From: Escherichia phage kvi
Length of the DNA stretch: 64,000 bases
Sequence record: MN850615.1
Reading direction: 5' to 3' (one strand)
The position numbers were made by a program, and so were the translations under genes. The stretch's first letter is position 1. Each line of letters starts with the position of its first letter. Positions 18,222 to 28,310 of this stretch are shown piece by piece. The notes under the pieces are model-generated. The model did no database searches. It worked only from the letters and a program-made list of their open reading frames with translations, and was not told where the DNA came from.

Positions 18222-19686
18222 CAGGTCAGTCAGAGAAGCAACTTTCTCATATTGCAGCTTTGCAGCCGTGGTAATGTTCTCCAGTGGTTTGACGAAAGTC
18301 TTATTAAACAACAAAGGCCAGTCTAACCACTTTAACACCTCTGATTCAATTTCTGGAGGAATACGAGTACCGGACAACCAACCAAAACAGATTTCTCCAA
18401 ACGGATTTCGATCTTTCAGCGGTACAATCATAACCTTCTCGCCCTCACGAATTGGATCTAGTCCGAATTTTCGAGCATTACGATTATAACACAATACACT
18501 CTTAACCGCATACGGACAACCCTTAATCGGATACCCGTTTGAATCGCTGTATTTCTGTAGGTTGTTTGCAGATGATACCGCAGCAACCTCAAGATAATCA
18601 AGTTTTCTAAATTCTTGCTCAAAAATACCGTAGTATTCCTGCAATGACTCTTCACCTTCCTGCAACATACGGCGAATACATTCTTTCAGTGATTTCTGAC
18701 ATGCTTTAGGGGTGGAGCTACGTTGCGTTTCCAAGCCCATGATTTTTAGCTTAGGTTCAGCAAAGCGCGTTCCTTCCATATCCCAAACATTAAGAGCATA
18801 ACGCTTTTTGCCAGTCCAGAATCCACCGATACCCGCAGATTTCAACGGAGGACCAGCAATTGCCTCACGGTCCATAAACATCAAGTGCTCATAGTTGTTC
18901 ATGTACTCGCATAACTCGCGATATCCCTTGTCGATAATAGGTTCCATTCGATGTTTACCGAAATTATCAAGGAAGTCAACAAGTTTTTCGGTATCGTCGA
19001 AACGGTCTTCCCCGCCAACCTTATCAACAACATTGTTAACCAGCACATAAACGGAGTCAGTATCACAATAACGAACATATGCAAAATCGGTTGTTCCGCA
19101 AAGCTCGTTTAAGTATTCGTTAATCTTACGCTCAATCCACTGAATTGCAAGCTGACCAAACAAGGTGATCGCACTAGCGTTACGGAGATCATAAAAACGG
19201 AATTTAGGATTCCCCAACGCACCATAAAGGGAGTTGATCAAAACTTTTCGAGAAAGCTGGTTTGTATTGCACAAGATCGACTCGTCTTTACATTCTTCCA
19301 GCAATTTCTCTAAGGCATCTTTACTTAATTCAGAAAGCATCGATTTAAACGCTTCATCAAAGTCGTGACGTACTTCAACGCTATAGCTAATGGTTCCCCC
19401 ATAAACATGATTTTCATCGTGTAGAATCGCTTTACAGAGTTCAGCATTGCGATCACATGCCAACATCATGTTTTTGTACTGCTTACGCTGATCGAATACC
19501 TTTTTAATCTCAATCGGTACGATACCGTGAATATCTTTTCTATACATCCATCCGTTAGGAGAGCAAGAATACTCATCACTCGGACGTGGTGCAGTTTTAT
19601 TGATATACTCGTGCATCGGTGCAGCATCAAAAGATCCGGCGATTGTTTCCGGCGAAATGTTAACCTGACGGATGATTGATGGATAC
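18210..19686 (-). CDS. 43: DNA polymerase gp43, exon 2 (palm/thumb, C-terminal ~490 aa)
   Basis: frame opens directly after a stop with YPSIIRQVNISPETI…HEYINKTAPRPSDEYSCSPNGWMY…; contains KILINSLYGALGN and YCDTDS polymerase motifs; no start codon of its own. Confidence 0.9.
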
Positions 19687-19826
19687 CATTATGTTCAGCG
19701 CGGTTCGCTACTCCCGCGCCCGTTCTCTTACGAACTGCTACATGTCACCATGTAGATCAGACTATATCACATTCTCATAGAGAATCCTGCCATTTCGAAT
19801 CGCTTGATTCTACTCTACTCGGTTCG

Positions 19827-20651
19827 TTACCCTTTCGATAGTCGTTGAACAACTGCATCTTTAAGCTCATTTTGATCAAACGGTGTTCTCTTACAGTACC
19901 CGCTATAATTCTTAGCAAAAGGTTTCTTCTTACCAAAGATCTCTTTTCCTGAATTATGTGATTCAACAAGAAAATTCACCATTTCATCAAATGTGAAACT
20001 TGCAAATTTAGCATAAGTTTCATTACGTTTTGACATTATTTTACTCATAACTTCCGGTCGTTTAGACGCTGAATTTTCGCGTTTCTCGCCAGTATTAAAT
20101 GATACCAACTCACCGGAAACATATCTAGGATCATCACAACTAACTCTAAACCGATTTCCTTCCTTATCCTTAACGATAACAGTATTCTTTAGCTTTTCTG
20201 CCATAGAATCAAGACCTTTTCGTATAGTGTCCTCATCAGCCCCGAAATATTTCTTTCCGCTCATATCGGTTCTGGCTTTTCCGGTCTTGTTTTCGGATAT
20301 TTTCAGTCTAACTTCCTCTCGCTTGGCTGGGTTATTGTCTCCAGCGAATGCATCTTTGGTTAACGCCTTCACTTTATCGTCATAAGATCCTCTAGAGATG
20401 AAAGCATATGCTCTCTTGCATTCACCGTTATTGAATATTAAGCACAATAACCGATGCGCCTCGACGTGGTCTTCAAACTTAAGCCTAACAAGATTCCATT
20501 TATCTAACCGATATTCAGGGAACATTGACTTCGGGCATATATGATGCACCTCGGAATATTCTTCACCCTGATACGGATTAGACACCAGTTTAATGTAGTC
20601 GTTTAATGCTTCCTCGTTATGTATTTCGTACTTTCTTAAAATGTCTTTCAT
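19827..20651 (-). CDS. intron-encoded HNH homing endonuclease
   Basis: 274 aa from ATG at 20651 (GGAGG RBS); HNH motif …EVHHICPKS…WNLVRLKFEDHVEAH…. Confidence 0.75.
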   Translation of the reverse strand: MKDILRKYEIHNEEALNDYIKLVSNPYQGEEYSEVHHICPKSMFPEYRLDKWNLVRLKFEDHVEAHRLLCLIFNNGECKRAYAFISRGSYDDKVKALTKDAFAGDNNPAKREEVRLKISENKTGKARTDMSGKKYFGADEDTIRKGLDSMAEKLKNTVIVKDKEGNRFRVSCDDPRYVSGELVSFNTGEKRENSASKRPEVMSKIMSKRNETYAKFASFTFDEMVNFLVESHNSGKEIFGKKKPFAKNYSGYCKRTPFDQNELKDAVVQRLSKG

Positions 20652-20676
20652 CTCGCGCCTCCAATGTATATCAATA

Positions 20677-20684
20677 TTTATATA
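20677..20684 (-). promoter_or_regulatory. T4 late-promoter motif TATAAATA upstream of the intron endonuclease ORF
   Basis: exact TATAAATA on minus strand ~25 nt upstream of the endonuclease ATG. Confidence 0.4.
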
Positions 20685-20800
20685 CATTATAAGACACGTT
20701 AGCTCAAAATGCAACTGCTGCTGATTGTCTCCTTAGAGATTTCCCAGCAATTAAGCAGGTTATTCGATCACTGTCACCAGTGAAAGCCCCATATCAGTTT

Positions 20801-22002
20801 AGGGAAGTAAGGTCAAAGCTCATCATCCAACGGTAAGCATTCGGCACAGGTTCTTTTACGAATGCGCCTGGATACGTCTGCTTAGGCTGTATCTTATTTT
20901 CCGGTACTACTTTACCCTCAGCTTTCAGAGATCCGAAGATAATAGCATCCCATACTTTCATCGGGTTATAAACATGGTTAAATTTAATCTTTGCATAGAA
21001 ACATAGACTATACACCAGATCGATAAATCCACGCTTTTTATCAATCGCCAGCACACGATCAACGTCGCCGATGTTATAATCGATGTAAAGTTGATGGTTG
21101 TCATCACGCAATTTCTTTAACGGACCATCATAATCAACCTTACCGATTCCTGTCTCATATTCAGCAACATAATCTAACGCATATGTTGGTTGAGTCGTAA
21201 AGCTAAATTTCTTGTATAGGTCAATATAATCAAGGCTTTCGATCCCCATGATCGTAAATGCTTCACGCTCGTTGCCAAAATCATCCTGTGAGATTCGGGA
21301 TTTAATCTTACCGCACGGGCTTAGACGGTTAGCGGTTCTACTTCCGAACTTATTACTGATACGTTTAATGATATATGGAATATCGAATGTTTCTGTGTTC
21401 CAGCCAGTGAAACCAACGGGTCGGTTTTCCTCAAAGAATCGGATGTATTCTAACAGCAATTCATCTTCTGTGTCATAGACGTTATAAACAACGCGCTCTA
21501 CAATATCAGGTCGAAGAATAGACTTGCTAGATTCCCAGATTTCACCGTTTTTTCCTTTCAAATCAAATACAAAGAAACGATCATGTACGGAATCATAATG
21601 CGTAATTGCATCGATAGGATATTTCGCTTCTTCTGGTTTAGGAAATTCTGGGGCAGTGACCTCGATATCAACCCATGCTACACGGATTTTATTTCGGTCA
21701 TATCGAATCTCTCCTTTATACGTATCAGACAGATAGGAGATGATAAAATCATCCATCCCTAGCGCCTCTTGCCCCATTTCTCCCATCTTTTTACGCCATT
21801 TGTTGGCCTCGTTCATAGAGGGGAATTTTTTAGCAATGCAAGGCTTGCCATAGATATCTTTATAATTCGTAACCATACCAGGCGCGGCATGATGAAATAA
21901 AGTTGGCGTATATTCAACGTAACGCTCTTGTTCTTGTCCAGCATCATCAATATAACGCTCGTAGATCTTATCACCTACTCGCTCACATGACAGAAAATAC
22001 AT
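20801..22002 (-). CDS. 43: DNA polymerase gp43, exon 1 (N-terminal and 3'-5' exonuclease domains, ends in motif A)
   Basis: start MYFLSCERVGDKIYERYID… at 22002 (AAGGAG RBS), matching the T4 gp43 N-terminus as recalled; exo I motif VDIEV; ORF stops one codon after …SFDLTSL. Confidence 0.9.
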
Positions 22003-22034
22003 AATATAAACTCCTTCACTTACGAAAGACACTC

Positions 22035-22063
22035 ATTATAGGGGAATCGACTTAGTTTGTCAA
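22035..22063 (-). promoter_or_regulatory. sigma70-type early promoter for gene 43 (PeSL-like)
   Basis: TTGACA (22063-22058), 17-nt spacer, TATAAT (22040-22035); imperfect palindrome over the -35. Confidence 0.5.
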
Positions 22064-22084
22064 TACCCCTATCCCATCAGTATC

Positions 22085-22447
22085 TTATCGCCCGATCTGA
22101 TATTTCTCGATCAGCGTCCACTCTTCTTTCTGTTTGAAAGACAATACACGGAAATTATTAACTTCGGTAGTTTCAAAATCACTATCAATCAGGGTACACA
22201 GATTCCACTGCGCCAGAAGTTTTGCAATGTTATTACGGCGTAATTCATCTTCCCACGTCATTTTAACACTACGACCATCTAATTTCAACAACTCCTTGAA
22301 ATGAACGATGTAATAGCGCCCTTTCTTCTGGAGAATATGACAAGACTGATACAGTGTCTTGTCTCGATTGTTGGCAATGCCGCAGCGGGTTAAAGTTTCC
22401 TTAATTTTAAGGAAGTTTTCAGGACTAATCAAATTAATTTCAATCAT
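22085..22447 (-). CDS. regA: RegA translational repressor
   Basis: 120 aa; near-colinear with T4 RegA as recalled (…KETLTR.GIANN.DK.LYQSCHILQKKG.YYIVHFKE…NNFRV.SFKQK…). Confidence 0.95.
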   Translation of the reverse strand: MIEINLISPENFLKIKETLTRCGIANNRDKTLYQSCHILQKKGRYYIVHFKELLKLDGRSVKMTWEDELRRNNIAKLLAQWNLCTLIDSDFETTEVNNFRVLSFKQKEEWTLIEKYQIGR

Positions 22448-22448
22448 T

Positions 22449-23027
22449 TTACCACCTTTCTATAATCTTTTTAAGTCGTTTCCTTTCTGTCTGATTCTTA
22501 GTAACACCCGCCAAAAGTTCATCGGTCGCATACGGTTTAATGTGCTTCAATAACTTGTCCATATATCCCTTTTCATTAGCCAAATCGAGATAAAACCGGG
22601 CGTCATCCATATTTACACAATATGCTTTCGCCACTGCCATTAAAACCAATTTTTGGTCCAATTCTTCTGTTAGTTTAGCCCATTTACCGTATCGTTTCCC
22701 CTTAGAAATACTCTGTAAGAGATAATCAAAATGCATTTGATCTGGGAGGCCATGACCGATTAAATTCATCACATACGCGCTATATAGGCAATCTGCGTGC
22801 TGGGAAAGAGCGGTGTTAATCCATCTCTGGTTATATGCAGAATTGTTTCCCACATTAACGCGCTGTTTATCTAAGGTGATATGATCCATCAGAGCAAATA
22901 ATGCATTGTCGGTTTTCTCGGTGAATGTATCCGCTAATTCAGACACCTTTTCCCAATCACGAGAGCGCCATGCAATTTCATGCTCGTTTAATTGTGTATC
23001 ATCTTCACCGAAAAATTGACCTAACAT
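22449..23027 (-). CDS. 62: clamp loader small subunit
   Basis: 192 aa ORF between regA and gene 44, size and position as T4 gp62. Confidence 0.8.
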   Translation of the reverse strand: MLGQFFGEDDTQLNEHEIAWRSRDWEKVSELADTFTEKTDNALFALMDHITLDKQRVNVGNNSAYNQRWINTALSQHADCLYSAYVMNLIGHGLPDQMHFDYLLQSISKGKRYGKWAKLTEELDQKLVLMAVAKAYCVNMDDARFYLDLANEKGYMDKLLKHIKPYATDELLAGVTKNQTERKRLKKIIERW

Positions 23028-24001
23028 TATACGAACTCCAATTCAACCATTAATTGCATTAACAAAAAGACAATGTGAATCTCTTTATCAGCCGCGTGTG
23101 CAAACATCTGATTATTTTCACCGATAATCTCGGTCAGACGTATAATCGACGCTGGCTTAACTTGAGTATACAACTCATTATAAAGTTTCTTGACAAATTG
23201 AGCGTATGTATTGGTATATCGCGGTGCAAGTTTACGCACATTAGCAAACTGTTTAGTTTTAAGTGCTTCCACCACATCGGTTACTTCGGTATTGCTACTT
23301 TCTATAACCATGCTCAATACGCCAGCATCAATTTTACCATGTTTAGCGTAGCGGTCCAAAAGTTTCATTACGCGTCGGAAGTCTGGGAAGTTCTGCTTAA
23401 CCAGTTCCGCTAATACGCGCATTTCTTCGACTGGCACACCTTCTTTATCAAGAATTGCTTTACACCGGACGATCATTTCTTTCATCATGCGAAGCTGATC
23501 ATCTTTAGTCGGAGATCCAAACGTGATTGGATCAAATCGAGATCGTAACGCTGGGATAATACCTTCTAGATCGTTTGCTGTGATAATGAATGTTACATTG
23601 TTTGAGTATGCCTCAGAGAAACTACGCAAGTGTCTTTGAGCATCAGCTAGCCCCGCTCGGTCATACTCATCGATAATAACAACTTTGCCTTTTTCTCGTT
23701 TTTCTTCATCGAGTGATACACTCTGCGCAAAGCGTGTAATCTCATCTCGGATAAAATCAATCTTACAATCTGCGCCGTTAACAAACAGATAATCAACACC
23801 CACATCTTCGCAAAGCGCCTTAGCAACGGTTGTTTTACCAGTACCCGGCGATGGGCTATGCAGAATCATTGAAGGGATTCGGCCTTGCTTAACAATCTGC
23901 GCGAAGATCTTTTTATCTGCTTCCGGCAGAATACATTCAGAAATTGATTTCGGACGGTATTTCTGTTCCCACTGAAACTCATTTTCATTAACACTCAGCA
24001 T
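23027..24001 (-). CDS. 44: clamp loader large subunit (AAA+ ATPase)
   Basis: start MLSVNENEFQWEQKYRP at 24001 (GAGGTGA RBS); Walker A SPSPGTGKTT; closely colinear with T4 gp44 as recalled. Confidence 0.95.
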   Translation of the reverse strand: MLSVNENEFQWEQKYRPKSISECILPEADKKIFAQIVKQGRIPSMILHSPSPGTGKTTVAKALCEDVGVDYLFVNGADCKIDFIRDEITRFAQSVSLDEEKREKGKVVIIDEYDRAGLADAQRHLRSFSEAYSNNVTFIITANDLEGIIPALRSRFDPITFGSPTKDDQLRMMKEMIVRCKAILDKEGVPVEEMRVLAELVKQNFPDFRRVMKLLDRYAKHGKIDAGVLSMVIESSNTEVTDVVEALKTKQFANVRKLAPRYTNTYAQFVKKLYNELYTQVKPASIIRLTEIIGENNQMFAHAADKEIHIVFLLMQLMVELEFV

Positions 24002-24028
24002 ATAATCACCTCTCACAAATTACATCAT

Positions 24029-24054
24029 TAAAACGGGGAGTATTTATACTCCCC
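24029..24054 (-). terminator. terminator-like hairpin between genes 45 and 44, embedding a TATAAATA motif
   Basis: GGGGAGUA-UAAA-UACUCCCC (8-bp stem) followed by GUUUUAAU on minus strand; the loop and stem contain TATAAATA. Confidence 0.45.
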
Positions 24055-24066
24055 ACAAACATTATA

Positions 24067-24756
24067 TTAGTCGGTGTAGCTGGAGTCAAGGTCACACGCG
24101 ATCATATAAGATACGGTTTCACTTGCCAGCCATACAGCCTTACGGCGAGTGAAGCTCAGTTTGTAATCGCCGAAGTCAGTAGCAACCAGTTTCATGTTAT
24201 CTTTACGAATAAAGAAATGGAAGTCTGCGGTTCCGGTATATTCGCCCATATCAAGACAAAACATCTCATTAGGATTATTTTTGTCAATCTCTTCCCAACC
24301 TTTGATCATCAGACGACCATCAATCGGAAGAAATTCAAGGCGATCCACTTTAAGCTGATTGCTCATTTTCATAAGCTGTTTCAGATCGTCGTTGCTCAGT
24401 TCGTAATCTACATCGCTTGCAGGTGGAGTAACTCGGCCTTTCGGTGATACGATAGCAGCAGCACTAGCACCAGGGTAATTAATTTTCAGACGATCATTAG
24501 ACACACGAATGTTTCCGGTGCGGTCATCAACCGTAATATCTGCTTCATCGCCTACCAGATTCAGAATACCCAGGAAAGAGTTAAGATCATAGATCCCGAT
24601 TTCGTGTTCCAGTTCTTGATTCAGAGTCGCTTCACCATATACAACGTTTGTCATGTTTTTGGTGATTAGGACGTTTCCTTTTTTCAGGATGATACCTGGG
24701 TTAATAGCGGAAAAGTTTTTCATGGTAGCAATGGTTTCTTTAGTCAGTTTCATCAA
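24067..24756 (-). CDS. 45: sliding clamp
   Basis: 229 aa; colinear with T4 gp45 as recalled (…ATINPGIILKKG…, …EHEIGIYDLNSFLGILNLV…). Confidence 0.95.
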   Translation of the reverse strand: MMKLTKETIATMKNFSAINPGIILKKGNVLITKNMTNVVYGEATLNQELEHEIGIYDLNSFLGILNLVGDEADITVDDRTGNIRVSNDRLKINYPGASAAAIVSPKGRVTPPASDVDYELSNDDLKQLMKMSNQLKVDRLEFLPIDGRLMIKGWEEIDKNNPNEMFCLDMGEYTGTADFHFFIRKDNMKLVATDFGDYKLSFTRRKAVWLASETVSYMIACDLDSSYTD

Positions 24757-24783
24757 ATCACCTTTATCATGTTAATCAATTAA

Positions 24784-25182
24784 TTACGGGTTTACTTCGT
24801 GCTCATTTTGAATCTTTAGCATTCTTTCGATAAATTTTTTCTCGGCTTCCTTGTCGGATGAGTGAGTATACTTCAATCCAATGTAAGCTGTCAAGTATTG
24901 TTGCAGAGCATAGACAGTAACAGGATTCTTTGCGGTCTTTTTGCCGTCGAGATATACCAGATCACCACGAACATCAAACGCAAGTTTACGACGAATCACA
25001 TCATCAACAAATTTATCTAGAACAAAATACCACTCAATACACTCTATCCCGTGACGGTAGTTCATTACATCATTATCTTTGATATAGTCAAACGGAATAT
25101 GACATAATTTACTATTTTGTAGGATGAATAGCATTTGTTCTTTTAAGCTCATACGTTTCATTCTATCACTTCCCATCAGCAA
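24784..25182 (-). CDS. RpbA-like protein (by synteny immediately upstream of gene 45)
   Basis: 132 aa ORF at the T4 rpbA position; no sequence-level confirmation. Confidence 0.45.
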   Translation of the reverse strand: MLMGSDRMKRMSLKEQMLFILQNSKLCHIPFDYIKDNDVMNYRHGIECIEWYFVLDKFVDDVIRRKLAFDVRGDLVYLDGKKTAKNPVTVYALQQYLTAYIGLKYTHSSDKEAEKKFIERMLKIQNEHEVNP

Positions 25183-25558
25183 TTGCGATTAGACGAGTTA
25201 CTACTACGCTAGCGGCTTCAATCAGCAGTTCATCAGTATCAATCTGATAACCCTTTTCGAGAATATCTTTACCTCGAATAGTTTTAGCGCCTTTAGCAAT
25301 TGAATCATCGTAATACTTGCGCATTGCCGCGATCCATTCTTTTTGCACCATATCATCAATATGCGCGTACAGTTCAAAGCGTGCTTGCTGCGGGATAACC
25401 TTCATTTTAGCTTTCTCGCTTTCCGGCATTTGTAGTACCCACGCTTTACGGATCTTGTTCATTGCTCGGTCAAATTCGAGACTGGTTTTCTTGTTCTGAA
25501 TGTCTGCTACAGTAATTTTAGCCAGGTTTGCGGAAGTAGTCATAATATTAATCTCCAA
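25166..25558 (-). CDS. hypothetical protein (130 aa; 45.1 position)
   Basis: minus-strand ORF; start may be an internal Met. Confidence 0.4.
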   Translation of the reverse strand: MEINIMTTSANLAKITVADIQNKKTSLEFDRAMNKIRKAWVLQMPESEKAKMKVIPQQARFELYAHIDDMVQKEWIAAMRKYYDDSIAKGAKTIRGKDILEKGYQIDTDELLIEAASVVVTRLIAIADGK

Positions 25559-25573
25559 AATAAAATCAGTATA

Positions 25574-25804
25574 TCACGTTCTAAAGTTTGTTGCAACCCC
25601 AGCATCAGGGTAATCAAGTTTATCAAAGTTTGGGACCAGCATAAACTCATGATGACGACAAGACAACATTTTTGTTATGTCTTCATCGCTGTATATGCTG
25701 TTTTTCATATCCCCCATACTAACTACATATTCTTCACCGGAATATAGATTGATTAAGGTATACAATTCTAACTCCGGCTGCGTTACTCTGTCAAATGTTA
25801 ACAT
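25574..25804 (-). CDS. hypothetical protein (76 aa; 45.2 position)
   Basis: minus-strand ORF overlapping the gene 46 stop by a few codons. Confidence 0.4.
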   Translation of the reverse strand: MLTFDRVTQPELELYTLINLYSGEEYVVSMGDMKNSIYSDEDITKMLSCRHHEFMLVPNFDKLDYPDAGVATNFRT

Positions 25805-27488
25805 TCATTTCAGTGAATCGCCCACGTTTAACCATCTTGAGATGACGGCTAAAATCATCAGGGTTATGGTCACGATGGCTGATAATATACACGTTATCAT
25901 CTAACTTGTCAATGATGGAATCAAGTGCTTTTACGCCTTGAACGTCCGTAGCCCCATCATAAATTTCGTCGAGTACCAACAAAGAAATGTTAGTACCAGA
26001 TACTTTACCAGCAACATCACGCCATGTAAAGAGCATCGCAAGGTCAATACGTGCTTTTTCGCCTTGACTGAACGATGTATACGAAAACGATTCACGCCCC
26101 CGTGATTTGATTGTTTCGTTAAACTCTTCATCTAGCGTAAAGATATAATCCGCTTCCATGATATCAAGATAATACGCAATCCGATCATTGAAATATGGAA
26201 TATATTTCTTGACGATAGACGCCTTAACACCGGAATCCTTCAACATTTCTGTTACAAATCCACGGTGATATTTTTCAAGAACTAGCTTTGATTTTTCATT
26301 AGTAATCTCTACCAGTTCGTGTTCCAGTTTAGCAAGTTCTTCGGAATTGTCAACCCTTTCTTTTTGTAATTCCTGAATTGCTTTCTGGATCTGTTTAGCC
26401 CGACCTACAGATGCCGTTAAATTCGCTCTCTGTGACTCTATAGCGCGTTTAATTTCCAAGACCTTAGTTTGTGCTGTCTGGAAAGAATTGGCTTTCTCTG
26501 CGTATTCTACGCGTTTCTCGTCAATAAGAGACAGTTTATGTTCGGCTTGTGCTTTTTGTTCGCGTACAGCCTGATCATTACCCTGAATGATCGGTTGTGT
26601 GCACGTAGGACAGATCCCGCCTTTCTCGTGCATATGGATAACACGGTCAAAGTTCTGGATCTGCGCACCAATCTGTGCGATAGCAGTATTAATTTTAGCC
26701 AATGCTGCGCTAGGATCTTCCGGCATAACAACAGACAATAGCTCATCGGTCAAGCGCGTTTCTTCGGCTTTAAACGCTTTAGCTGATTCTACTTCTTTCT
26801 CGTACATATTCTGCAAACGCTGTAGATTCTCGGCACTCGCCTTGCTAGCGTCTTCTATGTACTTTTTATGAGTGTTGATTTGTTGCTGAACGTGATTAGC
26901 TTTCATTTCCTGCATTTGGATATTCTGGGTAATCTCGCGCACATACGCTTTATTCAGTTTATCCATTTCGCCTAGCGTAGCAATATCAAGCAAATCCTCG
27001 ACCAGTTTACGGCGACCCGCTGCCGGAAGACTCATAAACGGAACATAACCAGCAGTTCCTAAAACAACGATCTGTTTAAAGCTGGCTAGGTTCATTCCTA
27101 TGATACCTTCAAAATATTCCTGAAAGTCTTTGGTGCTTGCGCTCTCGTCGATCTTTTGACCGTCGCGATGCACTTCGAATACTTCCGGTTTTTGACCACG
27201 TTTGATATAAAACTCTTTCCCGTCCAGTTCAAACCAGACTTCGACTAACAGTTTCTTTTTGTTGACGCTGTTAATCAATTGGCCTTTCTTGATACTACGA
27301 AACGGTTTACCGAACAACACAAAGCAAAGCGCCTCGATCATTGTTGATTTACCAGCACCGTTAACACCAGTGATTAGTGTCTTTTTGAATCCGTCTAGCT
27401 GAATCTCTACAGGTTCAGCACCCACGCTCATTATATTTTGATAGCGCAAGGTTTTAAAATTTAACTTTGCCATTAATCCACTCCGCAA
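25791..27488 (-). CDS. 46: recombination endonuclease subunit, SbcC/Rad50-like ATPase
   Basis: 565 aa; Walker A GVNGAGKST, long coiled coil with CxxC hook (CPTC), C-terminal signature/Walker B. Confidence 0.93.
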   Translation of the reverse strand: MRSGLMAKLNFKTLRYQNIMSVGAEPVEIQLDGFKKTLITGVNGAGKSTMIEALCFVLFGKPFRSIKKGQLINSVNKKKLLVEVWFELDGKEFYIKRGQKPEVFEVHRDGQKIDESASTKDFQEYFEGIIGMNLASFKQIVVLGTAGYVPFMSLPAAGRRKLVEDLLDIATLGEMDKLNKAYVREITQNIQMQEMKANHVQQQINTHKKYIEDASKASAENLQRLQNMYEKEVESAKAFKAEETRLTDELLSVVMPEDPSAALAKINTAIAQIGAQIQNFDRVIHMHEKGGICPTCTQPIIQGNDQAVREQKAQAEHKLSLIDEKRVEYAEKANSFQTAQTKVLEIKRAIESQRANLTASVGRAKQIQKAIQELQKERVDNSEELAKLEHELVEITNEKSKLVLEKYHRGFVTEMLKDSGVKASIVKKYIPYFNDRIAYYLDIMEADYIFTLDEEFNETIKSRGRESFSYTSFSQGEKARIDLAMLFTWRDVAGKVSGTNISLLVLDEIYDGATDVQGVKALDSIIDKLDDNVYIISHRDHNPDDFSRHLKMVKRGRFTEMNVNI

Positions 27489-27717
27489 TCACACATTCCA
27501 TAATATTAAATGCTAACACATCTTCATCAATGTTGTAAACACTTGCCGCCTTCACTTTAACTAATGTGTCTCTGCGATCTGGCAACATGATCACATAATC
27601 CAGTGTCGCAGGATCATATGTCATAAAGGGATCAACATAAATCCCTTTATTCAATGCCAGATATTCGCGAAGACCTTCTATAACCCTGTGTCTAAGGTAG
27701 GTCATCGATAGAATCAT
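27454..27717 (-). CDS. hypothetical protein (87 aa)
   Basis: minus-strand ORF in the 46-47 interval. Confidence 0.4.
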   Translation of the reverse strand: MILSMTYLRHRVIEGLREYLALNKGIYVDPFMTYDPATLDYVIMLPDRRDTLVKVKAASVYNIDEDVLAFNIMECVIAEWINGKVKF

Positions 27718-28310
27718 TTTAGTTTATGTTCCTCTAAAAATTCTTCAATTTCACCTTGCAGGTCTTCCGCTTGCTGTTCCAGAATATCGCGAAATTCACC
27801 TACAGTCAAGCGGTAATCACATTTCACCAGTCGATGCGGGAGAATATACCCTTTATACATTGTCTCTGACGCTTCCAGGAATACCCCACTATGCATGACA
27901 GAGATCCAACCTGTTAACGTCAATGGAGTATTCGGAAAATAATACTTGCTGGATTGTTTCCACTGTACGAAAGCACCATATACAATCGGATTATATTCAC
28001 CAACCACACTCTTAATAATGGATTCTACTTTGTCTTTTACAAAGTCGCCAATGTCCATAGTTACCATCAAATCCTGTGGATGAATCACTTTAAGGTAACG
28101 ACGATAACCGTCATCATACCACATCTTAACCACTGGCTGACCCCACATTTTAGCAATACTCGCTTTCAGATAGCCATAGATCGGATTCTTGCAATGTGAT
28201 TGTTTTAGTGTGTATGTGTGCACCAATTTAATAAAATGTTCCATTACCAACAAATCAGAATCAGCCGCGACCATAGTCGTATTCATAATATGTTCCTCGT
28301 TCAATCTCAT
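27714..28310 (-). CDS. hypothetical protein (198 aa)
   Basis: minus-strand ORF in the 46-47 interval. Confidence 0.45.
   Translation of the reverse strand: MRLNEEHIMNTTMVAADSDLLVMEHFIKLVHTYTLKQSHCKNPIYGYLKASIAKMWGQPVVKMWYDDGYRRYLKVIHPQDLMVTMDIGDFVKDKVESIIKSVVGEYNPIVYGAFVQWKQSSKYYFPNTPLTLTGWISVMHSGVFLEASETMYKGYILPHRLVKCDYRLTVGEFRDILEQQAEDLQGEIEEFLEEHKLK

Larger units (their letters stand above)
19687..20800 (-). mobile_element. group I self-splicing intron in gene 43 carrying an HNH homing endonuclease ORF
   Basis: 1114 nt between exon junction DLTSL|YPSIIRQ; preceded by exonic U and ends in G; P-like AAUUGCUGGGAAA (20741-20753), Q-like AAUCAGCAGC (20717-20726), S/P7-like GAUAUAGUCUGA (19757-19768), P9-like hairpin (19738-19755). 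Confidence 0.8.

Noticed and set aside
18210-22032. Alternative reading of gene 43 as a split gene (two independently translated polypeptides) or as an intein-containing gene
   Set aside because: The second part encodes the essential motif A residues (YPSIIRQ…) directly after a stop codon with no start codon or RBS, and the intervening DNA has stop codons in frame plus group I core elements, so RNA splicing is the more parsimonious explanation; an intein would require an uninterrupted reading frame.
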